A DNA stretch of 60,794 bases from Bacteroidota bacterium (GTDB taxonomy: Bacteria; Bacteroidota; Bacteroidia; NS11-12g; UBA955): positions 1 through 60,794 of the forward strand of contig JBJOHK010000114.1 in the NCBI GenBank assembly GCA_046047755.1. Reading direction: 5' to 3'. A model generated the notes under the pieces. The model worked only from the letters and a program-made list of their open reading frames with translations. It was not told where the DNA came from and did no database searches. A program made the translations under genes and the position numbers. Shown here in pieces: positions 18,563-28,174 of the stretch (positions are counted from its first letter, which is position 1; each line of letters starts with the position of its first letter).

Positions 18563-20824
18563 TTAGCGCTTTTCTTGTGCTTCAGTGACAGCCAGTGCCA
18601 ACATGTTCACGATCTCACGAACAGAACTGCTGTGGTGCAGAATGTGTACTGACTTTTTAAGGCCTAGCAATACTGGACCGATGGCGCTCACCCCTCCCAT
18701 GCCTCGCATGAGTTGATAAGCCGCGTTACCCGAACTCAAATTATTGAATATGTAAGTATTAGCCGCTTCCTTAGCCAGGCGATTGAAGGGGTAGTTCTTG
18801 TACCTTAATTCACCATTCATGGCGTAAACAGGCTGCATTTCACCGTCAATTTTCATCTCAGGATTTTCTTTCTGGATGCGCTTCAAAACGCGCTGAAGTT
18901 GTGCGGGAGCCTCACCCTTGCTCGAACCAAAATTCGAATAAGAAATCAAAGCAATTTTTGGCTCAATTTGGAACTCTTTTACCCGATCGTACACATTCAT
19001 GATCATGCAATGAAGCTGATCATCTGTATAGGAAACATTGACGGTAGTATCGGCAAAAAACAAAGGTCCAGATTTGCTCATCATGATGTGCATTCCAGAA
19101 ACCCGGTTAGATGATTCGTCCATGCCTATGCATTCCAATGCGGGCTTTAGGGCTATGGGATAATTGCGTGTCAATCCCGAAATAAAGGCATCAGCCTCTC
19201 CGGTTTCTACCATCATAGAACCAAAGTAGTTTCGGTTTCTCATGGCATATTCAGCTTCGAATTCCGTCATACCCCGTCGGCCTCGCTTTTCGAATAAGCG
19301 AGTACCGAATTCGCGGCGTTTCGCTTCATCGGCACGGGGGTCAACAATAACGGCTCCCGGAATATCAATGTTGTTTTCTTCCATGAGGCCGCGAATTTTT
19401 TCCTCCACTCCCATTAAGATGGGTTGGCAAATGCCCTCTGAGACTCCGATCTGAGCCGCTCTTAAAATTTGCACGTTGTCAGCTTCGGCAAAAACCACAC
19501 GCTTGGGTGATTTTTTAGCCTTGGTCATCAATCGATCGGCAAAATCACTATCCATGCCCAATCGGCGGCGCAACTCAGACTTATACCCTTCCCAATCTTC
19601 AATGGGCTTCCTGGCTACCCCGCTATCCATAGCGGCTTTGGCCACAGCAGGAGCCACTGTAGTCAACAGACGTGGATCCATGGGTTTGGGAATCAAATAT
19701 TCACGTCCAAAACTCAGACTATTGTCATTGTAGGCCATCATTACAGACTCTGGCACCGGCTCTAGGGCCAAGTCAGCGATAGCTCTAACTGCGGCTAGCT
19801 TCATCTCTTCGTTGATTGCCGTAGAACGCACGTCTAAGGCCCCTCTAAAAATGAAGGGAAATCCCAAAACATTGTTTACTTGGTTGGGGAAATCGCTTCG
19901 TCCAGTAGCCATGATGATATCGGGCCTAGTAGCAACAGCGACGTCATAATTAATTTCTGGATCAGGGTTGGCCATGGCGAAAACAATGGGATTATCTGCC
20001 ATGCTCAAAATCATCTCGGGGCTGAGAATATTCCCTTTGCTCAGCCCAACGAATACATCGGCACCGACTAAGGAATCATTCAAATCATGCAAATCACGAT
20101 TTGTAGCAAATTGAGACTTGTATTTGTCCAAATTGCCTCGGTCAGCTCTGATAACTCCTTTCGAATCAAGCATGACGATGTTCTCATTGCGAACACCCAA
20201 GCCGATAAAGAGCTTTGAACACGCTATAGCACTTGCTCCAGCGCCATTTACTACCAATCTTACTTGGTCAATTTTCTTGTCAACCAGGCGCAAAGCATTT
20301 AACAGTGCTGCACCTGAAATGATCGCGGTACCATGCTGGTCATCGTGCATGATGGGAATGTTGAGTTCGGCTTTCAGGCGTTCCTCTATTTCGAAACTTT
20401 CTGGGGCTTTGATGTCTTCCAGGTTGACGCCACCAAAAGTGGGCTCCATAGCCTTTACGGTTCTTACAAACTCATCAACATCCTTGCATTCCAGCTCAAT
20501 ATCAAACACATCAATGTCAGAAAAAATCTTAAAAAGCACACCTTTACCTTCCATTACAGGCTTGGATGCCTCTGGGCCAATATCGCCCAATCCTAAGACA
20601 GCCGTACCATTGCTAATGACGGCTACCAAGTTCCCTTTTGCTGTATATTTATAAACATCTTCTTTGTTGGCTGCAATTTCCAAACAAGGTTCTGCAACTC
20701 CAGGAGAGTAGGCCAAAGCCAAATCCAATTGTGTTTGGGTAGGCTTGGTTGAAACCACTTCTATCTTTCCAGGACGGCCGTCAGCATGGTAACTCAGGGC
20801 GTCGTTAAATTTTTTATTTGGCAT
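18563..20824 (-). CDS. maeB: NADP-dependent malic enzyme (MaeB type, with C-terminal phosphate acetyltransferase-like domain)
   Basis: ALSYHADGRPGKIEV, LAYSPGVA and VISNGTAVLGLGDIGP are present, and the ~750-aa length fits. The ATG at 20824 (MPNKKF) is preferred because a -7 box lies inside the longer track ORF. Confidence 0.9.
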   Translation of the reverse strand: MPNKKFNDALSYHADGRPGKIEVVSTKPTQTQLDLALAYSPGVAEPCLEIAANKEDVYKYTAKGNLVAVISNGTAVLGLGDIGPEASKPVMEGKGVLFKIFSDIDVFDIELECKDVDEFVRTVKAMEPTFGGVNLEDIKAPESFEIEERLKAELNIPIMHDDQHGTAIISGAALLNALRLVDKKIDQVRLVVNGAGASAIACSKLFIGLGVRNENIVMLDSKGVIRADRGNLDKYKSQFATNRDLHDLNDSLVGADVFVGLSKGNILSPEMILSMADNPIVFAMANPDPEINYDVAVATRPDIIMATGRSDFPNQVNNVLGFPFIFRGALDVRSTAINEEMKLAAVRAIADLALEPVPESVMMAYNDNSLSFGREYLIPKPMDPRLLTTVAPAVAKAAMDSGVARKPIEDWEGYKSELRRRLGMDSDFADRLMTKAKKSPKRVVFAEADNVQILRAAQIGVSEGICQPILMGVEEKIRGLMEENNIDIPGAVIVDPRADEAKRREFGTRLFEKRGRRGMTEFEAEYAMRNRNYFGSMMVETGEADAFISGLTRNYPIALKPALECIGMDESSNRVSGMHIMMSKSGPLFFADTTVNVSYTDDQLHCMIMNVYDRVKEFQIEPKIALISYSNFGSSKGEAPAQLQRVLKRIQKENPEMKIDGEMQPVYAMNGELRYKNYPFNRLAKEAANTYIFNNLSSGNAAYQLMRGMGGVSAIGPVLLGLKKSVHILHHSSSVREIVNMLALAVTEAQEKR

Positions 20825-20835
20825 AAAAACGTGGG

Positions 20836-20843
20836 CAAAGATA
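20836..20843 (-). promoter_or_regulatory. Candidate -7 box (TATCTTTG on the minus strand) for maeB
   Basis: Exact TAnnTTTG match on the minus strand, 11 nt upstream of the ATG at 20824. Confidence 0.3.
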
Positions 20844-20923
20844 ACCATTGATGAAATGGGGAAGCACAATTGAACCCTATTGGGGCATTTACCTTTTTAC
20901 ACAATTCTGCATTAAGGACTCGT

Positions 20924-22714
20924 ATGAATACACATGCCTTATTCGGAACTATGGTTTCACTGGTTTTCCTGAGCCAAAGCAACCCACCCCTGGTTCAAAA
21001 ATCCGAACGATGGATTTATGCCAAAGACAGCACCCATCCACAATGCCTAGATTCTTGCCTTATTGGCAACTTCGGCGAGTTTGCCTTTGACCACCTCAAA
21101 CCGGGGATTTATGACTTATACCGTAAAGAAGATTTATTGGCCGGTCAAGCCTTGATTCGACAGTTGGATATGGATAACCCCAAACAACTGCAACGCCATT
21201 CTATGCTATCTAACGTCCCTCAACCTACTTATTACTATGATAGAATTGCCGATTACGAATTGGATGATGTTGTAGAGCTTGGAGTGAGCGAAACTCGAAA
21301 GTTGAGCCGTGCGATGCCAACCATTGAGTCCAGCCATTCGAGTCCCTACGCACCGAGCATGGGCACCGCACCCATCATGGATGCTCCTAGCGGGTCGGCG
21401 AGAGTACTAACAGCTGGCCGTTGGAGCGATTTGAACCACTGGGACCAATTCGAAGAACTTCACAAAGACGCCAGCATCATGGCCCATCAATCTCGCTGGG
21501 GCTGGAATTTGATCAATCATCGCATTTCCGTTGAGCTCATAGGAAAAAGTGAGTCGTACAGGGACATTTCTATACAACTCCGGGATAATCGCGATTCGGT
21601 ATTATTTCAGGCCAGAACCAATCATTTATCTACGGCTGAATTATGGACACCACTAGCGAAAGAGGCTAAGTACAAAGCCTTTGCTCAACTAGCTGACACA
21701 TGGATAGAACTTGGAGCGGTAAGCCTCGGCAAAAATTCATTTCGCCTGAGCCAAACTGCTCCAGAAAATTGGCCCCTCGACATTGCCTTTATTGTAGATG
21801 CAACCGGCTCTATGGGTGACGAAATCAATTACTTAAAAGCGGAATTGGCCGACATCATTCAGCAATCTAAATCACTAGCCCCCTGTTCAAGAGTGCGTAT
21901 AGGTCAAGTCTTTTACAAAGACAGAGGTGATGAGTATGTAACTAGAATTCAACCGTTTACCGATCGAATTGACGATGCGGCTCGATTTGCGCTCGAACAA
22001 GGAGCCGGTGGAGGTGGCGACTTCCCCGAAGCGGTAGCCGATGCCTTAGAAGTGGCTATTGGAGAACTCGACTGGAGCCCAAACGCATTGGCTCGATTGG
22101 CCTTTCTTGTATTGGATGCCCCAGCCCATGATGGAGTCGATGCTGAGCGCGTTCGAAAGGCCACAGCCATAGCAGCCCAAAAAGGCATTCGCTTGATACC
22201 CGTAGTTGCCAGCGGTATAGACCAAAGCACTGAATTTCTCATGAAATACATCGCGGCTATGACCGCAGGAGAATACGTGTATATCACCGATGACTCTGGA
22301 GTGGGAAACGGACACCTCAAACCTACGGGTGTGGAGAATAACAGCGACTTGTTGAATCATCAACTTTTGGCCATTATTCGTGAATACACCCAAACTAAGG
22401 CCTGCCAAACGCCCAGCGAAAATCCCGTTGAACCACGTGTGGAGTGGTTCGGCAACCAACAGTGCAATATCCAAGCCTATCCCAATCCTTGTAGCGATTA
22501 TTTACAGATCAAAAGCAACATATCCTTGATGCATGTGGCCTTGCTGAACATGTCTGGGGCTGAAGTACTAACATCAGAATCGCAGCAGGGAGAATGTCGA
22601 TTGGATGTTCGAACCTTGGCAGCTGGGGTTTACAACCTAAGGGCTCAAACCGAACAAGGCAGCTTCAGCACACTAATTGTGGTGAGTCATCAAGGGCAAA
22701 ACGCCAAACCTTAG
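20924..22714 (+). CDS. von Willebrand factor A domain protein with T9SS type A C-terminal sorting domain
   Basis: The vWA MIDAS region is DIAFIVDATGSMGDEINYLK. The C-terminus (YPNPCSDYLQIKSN...AGVYNLRAQTEQGSFSTLIVV) is Por/T9SS CTD-like. The track start 20870 is TTG, while the ATG at 20924 gives a signal-like N-terminus. Confidence 0.75.
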   Translation: MNTHALFGTMVSLVFLSQSNPPLVQKSERWIYAKDSTHPQCLDSCLIGNFGEFAFDHLKPGIYDLYRKEDLLAGQALIRQLDMDNPKQLQRHSMLSNVPQPTYYYDRIADYELDDVVELGVSETRKLSRAMPTIESSHSSPYAPSMGTAPIMDAPSGSARVLTAGRWSDLNHWDQFEELHKDASIMAHQSRWGWNLINHRISVELIGKSESYRDISIQLRDNRDSVLFQARTNHLSTAELWTPLAKEAKYKAFAQLADTWIELGAVSLGKNSFRLSQTAPENWPLDIAFIVDATGSMGDEINYLKAELADIIQQSKSLAPCSRVRIGQVFYKDRGDEYVTRIQPFTDRIDDAARFALEQGAGGGGDFPEAVADALEVAIGELDWSPNALARLAFLVLDAPAHDGVDAERVRKATAIAAQKGIRLIPVVASGIDQSTEFLMKYIAAMTAGEYVYITDDSGVGNGHLKPTGVENNSDLLNHQLLAIIREYTQTKACQTPSENPVEPRVEWFGNQQCNIQAYPNPCSDYLQIKSNISLMHVALLNMSGAEVLTSESQQGECRLDVRTLAAGVYNLRAQTEQGSFSTLIVVSHQGQNAKP

Positions 22715-22738
22715 GTTTTAGGGCTCCCCATTTCGCTG

Positions 22739-22746
22739 TATTTTTG
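22739..22746 (+). promoter_or_regulatory. Candidate -7 box (TATTTTTG) for fumC
   Basis: Exact TAnnTTTG match ending 7 nt before the ATG at 22754. Confidence 0.35.
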
Positions 22747-22753
22747 CGGTACC

Positions 22754-24166
22754 ATGAGCCAATTCCGCATTGAACACGATACCATGGGTGTGGTAGAAGT
22801 ACCCGCCAACGCCTATTGGGGAGCCCAAACCGAACGCAGCCGCAACAATTTTCGCATAGGCCCAGAAGCCAGCATGCCTTTGGAAATTATACACGCCTTT
22901 GCCGTTTTGAAAAAATGTGCGGCACAGGCTAACCATCAGTTGGGAGTCTTGTCGGCAGAGAAGGCAAATTTGATTGCCCAAGTCTGTGACGAAATCTTCG
23001 ATGGCAAGTTGAATGATCAGTTCCCTTTGGTCATTTGGCAAACCGGCAGTGGCACTCAAAGCAACATGAATGTCAATGAAGTCATTGCCAATCGCGCTCA
23101 TGTTTTAACTGGGGGAAGTTTAACCGATGATAAAAAGGTATTGCACCCCAATGACGATGTAAACAAGAGTCAAAGCAGCAACGACACCTTCCCTACAGCC
23201 ATGAGCATTGCGGTATTCAAACAGGTTGTCGATTATACTCTGCCTGGATTGCAGGCCTTGAAAACCACTCTAAAGCACAAGGCTCGTGAATACAAGGACA
23301 TCGTTAAAATTGGACGCACCCACTTCATGGACGCCACTCCCCTTACGCTGGGTCAAGAATTTAGCGGTTATGTGGTACAGTTAGAAAACGGAATAGATGC
23401 CATCAATCGCGCATTGAAACCCGCCGCTGAATTGGCCTTGGGTGGAACCGCCGTAGGTACTGGTTTGAATACCCCTGCTGGTTATTCGGAGTTGGTAGCT
23501 CAATTGATTGCCAAAGAAACTGGACTTCCTTTCGTGACGGCGGTAAATAAGTTTGAAGCCCTCGCCGCTCACGATGCTATGGTAGAGTTGCATGGTGCCC
23601 TAAAGAGAGCCGCCGTTAGTGCCTTTAAAATTGCTAATGACATTCGCATGCTCAGCAGCGGTCCGCGCTCAGGTATTGGTGAAATCTTAATCCCTGAAAA
23701 CGAGCCTGGGTCTTCCATCATGCCGGGTAAAGTCAACCCCACACAGCCTGAGGCTCTGACCATGGTTTGTGCCCAAATTTTGGGCAATGATGTGGCTGTT
23801 TCATTTGCTGGAACCCAAGGCCATTTTGAATTGAATGTATTCAAACCCGTTATAGCCGCGAATTTGTTGCAAAGTGCGCGATTGTTGGGCCAAGCTTGTT
23901 TGAGTTTTGATTCTAACTGCGCCCAAGGCATTGAGCCTAACCACAGCAATATCAAGCGCTTGGTCGATCAAAGTTTAATGTTAGTTACAGCCTTGAACAC
24001 GCATATTGGGTATGAAAATGCGGCTAAAATTGCCAAAAAAGCCCACAAAGAAGATAAAACTTTGCGAGAAGCTGCTACTGAGCTGGGCTTGTTGACAGAC
24101 GAACAGTTCGACCAATGGGTTCGCCCTGAAGCCATGGTAGGCAACCCTGACGAAAGCATCAAATAG
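22754..24166 (+). CDS. fumC: Fumarate hydratase, class II
   Basis: It has the signature [13 protein letters not shown] and the [10 protein letters not shown]-terminus, and is 470 aa long. Confidence 0.95.
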   Translation: MSQFRIEHDTMGVVEVPANAYWGAQTERSRNNFRIGPEASMPLEIIHAFAVLKKCAAQANHQLGVLSAEKANLIAQVCDEIFDGKLNDQFPLVIWQTGSGTQSNMNVNEVIANRAHVLTGGSLTDDKKVLHPNDDVNKSQSSNDTFPTAMSIAVFKQVVDYTLPGLQALKTTLKHKAREYKDIVKIGRTHFMDATPLTLGQEFSGYVVQLENGIDAINRALKPAAELALGGTAVGTGLNTPAGYSELVAQLIAKETGLPFVTAVNKFEALAAHDAMVELHGALKRAAVSAFKIANDIRMLSSGPRSGIGEILIPENEPGSSIMPGKVNPTQPEALTMVCAQILGNDVAVSFAGTQGHFELNVFKPVIAANLLQSARLLGQACLSFDSNCAQGIEPNHSNIKRLVDQSLMLVTALNTHIGYENAAKIAKKAHKEDKTLREAATELGLLTDEQFDQWVRPEAMVGNPDESIK

Positions 24167-24172
24167 AATCGG

Positions 24173-24982
24173 GTGCAGCTTCCTTTTCGAATTTTAGGCA
24201 TTCTCAATGCGACTCCTGATTCGTTCTACGCCGGGAGTCGCTTTGGCCTTGATTCGGTATTGGAACAAGCACATAAAATGGTGGCTGAAGGTGCCGATGC
24301 TTTGGATATTGGAGGCCAGAGCAGCAGGCCTGGAGCACAAATTGTTTCAGTACAAGAGGAAATTGATCGTGTTTTGCCGATTATAGAAATACTTTCAAAA
24401 GAATTCCCTCATTTGGTACTGAGCATAGATACATTCCGCGCCCAAGTTGCGCGAGCGGCTTTGATGGCAGGAGTCAGTTGGGTAAACGATATTTCCTTTG
24501 GTGAAGATGATTCAACCATGTTTTCTACTTTACTCGATTTCCCCAGCTGCGGGTACATAGGCATGCACAAACAGGGTCAAATTGCCGATATGCAATCCAA
24601 CCCTCAGTATGAGAATGTCACGCAAGAAGTACAAGACTATTTGCTCAACAGGGCATCGGAATTGCGCCAAATGGGGTTCAATGGGCCCATAGCTCTTGAT
24701 CCGGGGTTTGGATTTGGGAAAACGCTGGAACACAATTATCACATGCTGAAGCATTGGAAATCATTTATGCAACTTCCCTTTCCCTTATTAATGGGCATTT
24801 CTCGTAAGAGTATGATTTACAAAAAACTAGATTGCACTCCTGAAGAAGCATTGAACGGAACTAGCGTTTTGCACAGCATGGCTTTGAGTCATGGGCCCTG
24901 CATATTAAGGGTTCATGATGTGCGCGAAGCCAAAGAAACCATCACCCTTATCGAAGCGGTTCTAAATTCCGATTCCCAATAA
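24173..24982 (+). CDS. folP: Dihydropteroate synthase
   Basis: It uses a GTG start. ILGILNATPDSFY, DIGGQSSRPG and ILRVHDV are FolP motifs. Confidence 0.9.
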   Translation: MQLPFRILGILNATPDSFYAGSRFGLDSVLEQAHKMVAEGADALDIGGQSSRPGAQIVSVQEEIDRVLPIIEILSKEFPHLVLSIDTFRAQVARAALMAGVSWVNDISFGEDDSTMFSTLLDFPSCGYIGMHKQGQIADMQSNPQYENVTQEVQDYLLNRASELRQMGFNGPIALDPGFGFGKTLEHNYHMLKHWKSFMQLPFPLLMGISRKSMIYKKLDCTPEEALNGTSVLHSMALSHGPCILRVHDVREAKETITLIEAVLNSDSQ

Positions 24983-24984
24983 CC

Positions 24985-24992
24985 TATTTTTG
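24985..24992 (+). promoter_or_regulatory. Candidate -7 box (TATTTTTG) for rpe
   Basis: Exact TAnnTTTG match ending 4 nt before the ATG at 24997. Confidence 0.3.
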
Positions 24993-24996
24993 TATC

Positions 24997-25653
24997 ATGC
25001 CAGCTTTAATAGCCCCTTCCATTTTATCAGCCGATTTCGGCAACCTGGACCGAGATTTCGAAATGATCAATCAGAGCCAAGCCGATTGGTTCCACGTTGA
25101 TATCATGGATGGTGTTTTTGTTCCCAATATCTCTTTCGGTTTCCCCGTTGTCAAAGCCTTGCAAAAAGTGGCAAAAAAGCACATGGATGTGCACTTGATG
25201 ATTGTGGACCCTGATCGTTACATAGCCGATTTTGCCAAAGCCGGAGCCCAAACACTAACGGTCCATTATGAAGCTTGCACCCATTTGCATCGCAGTCTTC
25301 AGGCTATCAAGGCTCATGGCATGAAAGCGGGAATCGCGTTGAATCCTCATACCCCTGTTTCGGTCTTAGAAGACATCATTGCCGATGCCGATTTGGTTTG
25401 CCTGATGAGCGTAAATCCTGGTTTTGGAGGTCAGGCATTCATTGAACGTACCTATGAAAAAGTTCGCGCCTTGAAACGACTCATTCGCGAATCAGGATCT
25501 TCGGCCTTGATTGAGATAGATGGAGGAGTAACGCTAGATAATGCCGCGCTACTTCACGAGTCGGGGGCCGACGTCTTGGTCGCTGGCAATACGGTTTTTG
25601 GATCATCAGATCCCATTCAAACCATTGCTGAATTAAAATGCCGTACACAATAA
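24997..25653 (+). CDS. rpe: Ribulose-phosphate 3-epimerase
   Basis: IAPSILSADFGNL, HVDIMDGVFVPNISFG and MSVNPGFGGQAF are Rpe motifs. Confidence 0.92.
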   Translation: MPALIAPSILSADFGNLDRDFEMINQSQADWFHVDIMDGVFVPNISFGFPVVKALQKVAKKHMDVHLMIVDPDRYIADFAKAGAQTLTVHYEACTHLHRSLQAIKAHGMKAGIALNPHTPVSVLEDIIADADLVCLMSVNPGFGGQAFIERTYEKVRALKRLIRESGSSALIEIDGGVTLDNAALLHESGADVLVAGNTVFGSSDPIQTIAELKCRTQ

Positions 25654-25680
25654 GCGAGCATTCTCGCCGTTTCATTTTCA

Positions 25681-28143
25681 GTGAATCGATTACTGCTCAT
25701 CATCGCCATTAGCCTATGGGCTGTTGTCGCCAAAGGGCAGACCTCTTACACCTATCAGCTTCAATTGCTCCAATCTAGCGGCAATAAGCCACTCATAGGT
25801 TTCGAGCTGGAAGACGAATGGGGAGTCAGCGTTGGCCTAAGCGATAGTCAAGGCTTAGTTCGATTTGAGCACAACAGTGCTCCACCCCTGTTGGTTTTCG
25901 CCTATAGCCAAATAGGCTCACAGCGAAAGCACGTCTTGGCTCACCGGTTCGTTTCGACTGATAAGCTAGATACCGCGCGGGAAGGTTCGGGCTTGGAGTA
26001 CATACGTACGGTCGAAATCACCTTGCGTCAACTCACCCCATTCATGGCCGAAATCAATCCTCGTGATTTTCAATTGGCTGTCAGCAGCAGCGGTGGGCTT
26101 GAGTCACTGCTCAAAACCTTAGGCGGTGTAACCAGCAACAATGAAATGTCCTCTCAATACAGCGTAAGAGGAGGAAACTTTGACGAGAACCTCATCTATG
26201 TCAATGATATTGAAATATACAGGCCGCAGTTGATTCAAAACGGCCAACAAGAAGGATTGAGCTTCATCAATCCAGATTTGGTTTCATCCCTGAAGTTTAG
26301 TGCCGGCGGATTCGACCCCCAATACGGGGATAAAATGAGTTCCGTTTTGGATGTCACTTATAAGCAGCCCGACAAACGCAAATGGCAGTTCTTAACCGGC
26401 ACAATGTTGAACAGCCTGACTTTTCAGGGCAAAAGTGGCCCTTGGTCTGCCTTAGTGGGTGCTCGAACCTTTTCAAATGCAGTACTGGCTAAATCGCTCA
26501 ATACCCAAGGAACCTACGCCATGCGTTTTGGCGACATTCAGGCCCAAATCGATTACAAACCCAGCCATTTCTGGTCTTTCCAATTCTTGGGCAATACCTC
26601 GGCCAATCGATTTGAACTAAAACCCCTTAGTCGGCAAACCGAATTTGGAACCATTACCGAAGCCTACCAATTGGATGTATATATGGCAGGCTCCGAAAAC
26701 TTGGATTATCAATACCAGTTGGGTGCTTTCACGGCAGAATTCAAACCCAACCTTCGCCGATCTTTCAAATTCATTGCCTCTGTAACACATATTCAAGAAC
26801 AGGAATATTTCGATGTAGAAGGCGCCTATTTTCTGAACCAACTCGATCGAGACCTGGGTTCATCAAACTTGGGAAAACCATTAAAAACACTGGGTTTTGG
26901 CTATTATTTAGACCATGGAAGAAATGCCTTAGAATCTCAAGTCATCAACATCAGTCATCTAGGGACCGTAGGCCGCATCACCGATCGATTCAGTTGGAAA
27001 TACGGAATTCGCATCAACCAGGAATCGGTAAAAGATCGATTTTATGAATGGATGTACAGCGACAGCGCCGGTTACAACACCTCGGAGTTCGGTTATTTGC
27101 GCGATAGTTTGTACTTAGACCCCTTGGTTCGGTCTAGCCACAATATTCAAAGCTTGCGAAGCAGCGCTTACATTCAAGGACGATGGCGCGTATCTAAGGC
27201 CCAAAATATTTGGTTGAATGCTGGCGTTCGCATGCAATACTGGAGCTTGAATGGCCAGACCTTGGCCATGCCTAGGGTCAACATCAATTGGGAGCCTAAC
27301 CAATCGTATAATCGCCTCAAACCTGACTCCTTAAAAAAGCCCGATGTTGTTATAAAGTTGGCAGCAGGTGCCTATCACCAAGCTCCCTTTTACCGAGAGA
27401 TGCGCGGTTTTGATGGCGGGTTGAACACCTCTCTTTTGGCTCAGGAAGCCTGGCATGCCTTGCTCGGCATGGATCGCTATACTGTTCTCTGGGAAAGACC
27501 CTTCAAATTCAGCAGTGAAGCCTATTTGAAAACCTTAGACAATCTGGTCCCCTATTTGTATGACAACATGCGCATTCGCTACTTCGCCCAGAACGCAGGA
27601 AGCGGATTTGCATGGGGTTGGGACAACCGAATCAATGGTCAGTTCATTGAGGGCCTAGAGAGTTGGTTTACCCTCAGCGTAATGCAAAGCAAAGAGCAAT
27701 TGAAATGGACTAGCCCAAGTGGAAACGACACCCTTTCAGCCTGGCTTCGAAGACCTACAGACAGACGGGTGCAATTTGCGGCCGTATTTCAAGACGAATT
27801 GCCAAGCGACCCTAGCGTTCGAATCAATTTGAGCATTATCATTGGCACCGGTCTTCCCTATTATTTGGATGGCCCTGCCCGATATACCACCACTCCCAAC
27901 GCCATTCCTCCCTACAGGCGTGTAGATTTAGGCTTGAGCAAAACGCTTCAAGAAGAAAGCAAAATCAACCGTTGGTTGGGCTTATCGTCAAGTTTCATCT
28001 CCATTGATGTTTTCAATTTGCTTGACATTAACAATGTCATTGCCTATTCCTGGGTCAAGGATTTGAACAACAATCGTTACGGTGTACCGGAATACCTAAC
28101 TGGAAGGCGGTTGAATCTGCGTTTCCAAGGAACCTTGAAATAA
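25681..28143 (+). CDS. TonB-dependent receptor-like outer membrane protein (carboxypeptidase-regulatory-like N-domain plus plug plus barrel)
   Basis: It uses a GTG start with the signal peptide MNRLLLIIAISLWAVVAKGQ. The plug-like segment is QYSVRGGNFDENLIYVNDIEIY. It is 820 aa and beta-rich. No SusD partner lies adjacent. Confidence 0.7.
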   Translation: MNRLLLIIAISLWAVVAKGQTSYTYQLQLLQSSGNKPLIGFELEDEWGVSVGLSDSQGLVRFEHNSAPPLLVFAYSQIGSQRKHVLAHRFVSTDKLDTAREGSGLEYIRTVEITLRQLTPFMAEINPRDFQLAVSSSGGLESLLKTLGGVTSNNEMSSQYSVRGGNFDENLIYVNDIEIYRPQLIQNGQQEGLSFINPDLVSSLKFSAGGFDPQYGDKMSSVLDVTYKQPDKRKWQFLTGTMLNSLTFQGKSGPWSALVGARTFSNAVLAKSLNTQGTYAMRFGDIQAQIDYKPSHFWSFQFLGNTSANRFELKPLSRQTEFGTITEAYQLDVYMAGSENLDYQYQLGAFTAEFKPNLRRSFKFIASVTHIQEQEYFDVEGAYFLNQLDRDLGSSNLGKPLKTLGFGYYLDHGRNALESQVINISHLGTVGRITDRFSWKYGIRINQESVKDRFYEWMYSDSAGYNTSEFGYLRDSLYLDPLVRSSHNIQSLRSSAYIQGRWRVSKAQNIWLNAGVRMQYWSLNGQTLAMPRVNINWEPNQSYNRLKPDSLKKPDVVIKLAAGAYHQAPFYREMRGFDGGLNTSLLAQEAWHALLGMDRYTVLWERPFKFSSEAYLKTLDNLVPYLYDNMRIRYFAQNAGSGFAWGWDNRINGQFIEGLESWFTLSVMQSKEQLKWTSPSGNDTLSAWLRRPTDRRVQFAAVFQDELPSDPSVRINLSIIIGTGLPYYLDGPARYTTTPNAIPPYRRVDLGLSKTLQEESKINRWLGLSSSFISIDVFNLLDINNVIAYSWVKDLNNNRYGVPEYLTGRRLNLRFQGTLK

Positions 28144-28173
28144 AAAAGGCCCCAATTCACGGGGCCTTTTTTT
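28142..28173. terminator. Bidirectional rho-independent terminator between convergent genes
   Basis: The structure is AAAAAA-GGCCCC-aattcac-GGGGCC-TTTTTTT. The A-run and T-run flank the stem, so it can serve both the plus-strand gene (stop at 28143) and the minus-strand gene (stop at 28175). Confidence 0.75.
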
Positions 28174-28174
28174 A

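Noticed and set aside
20118-20654. A 178-aa plus-strand ORF, with a nested 87-aa ORF, lies opposite maeB.
   Set aside because: It is entirely antisense to a strongly supported malic enzyme gene. The product is Ser/Leu/Pro/Thr-rich low-complexity sequence typical of antisense frames, with no start context.
20870-20923. The ORF track gives N-terminal extensions that begin at TTG or GTG. Examples are 20870, 3260, 8626, 33316, 41163, 46329, 5653 and 16746.
   Set aside because: In each case a downstream ATG or GTG fits better: it gives a proper signal peptide or a family-typical N-terminus, avoids overlapping a terminator, -7 box or neighbouring gene, or forms an ATGA/TGATG coupling junction.
22718-23101. 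A 127-aa minus-strand ORF overlaps the 5' part of fumC.
   Set aside because: It is antisense to fumC. It would have to start inside that gene, and no promoter box or motif supports it.
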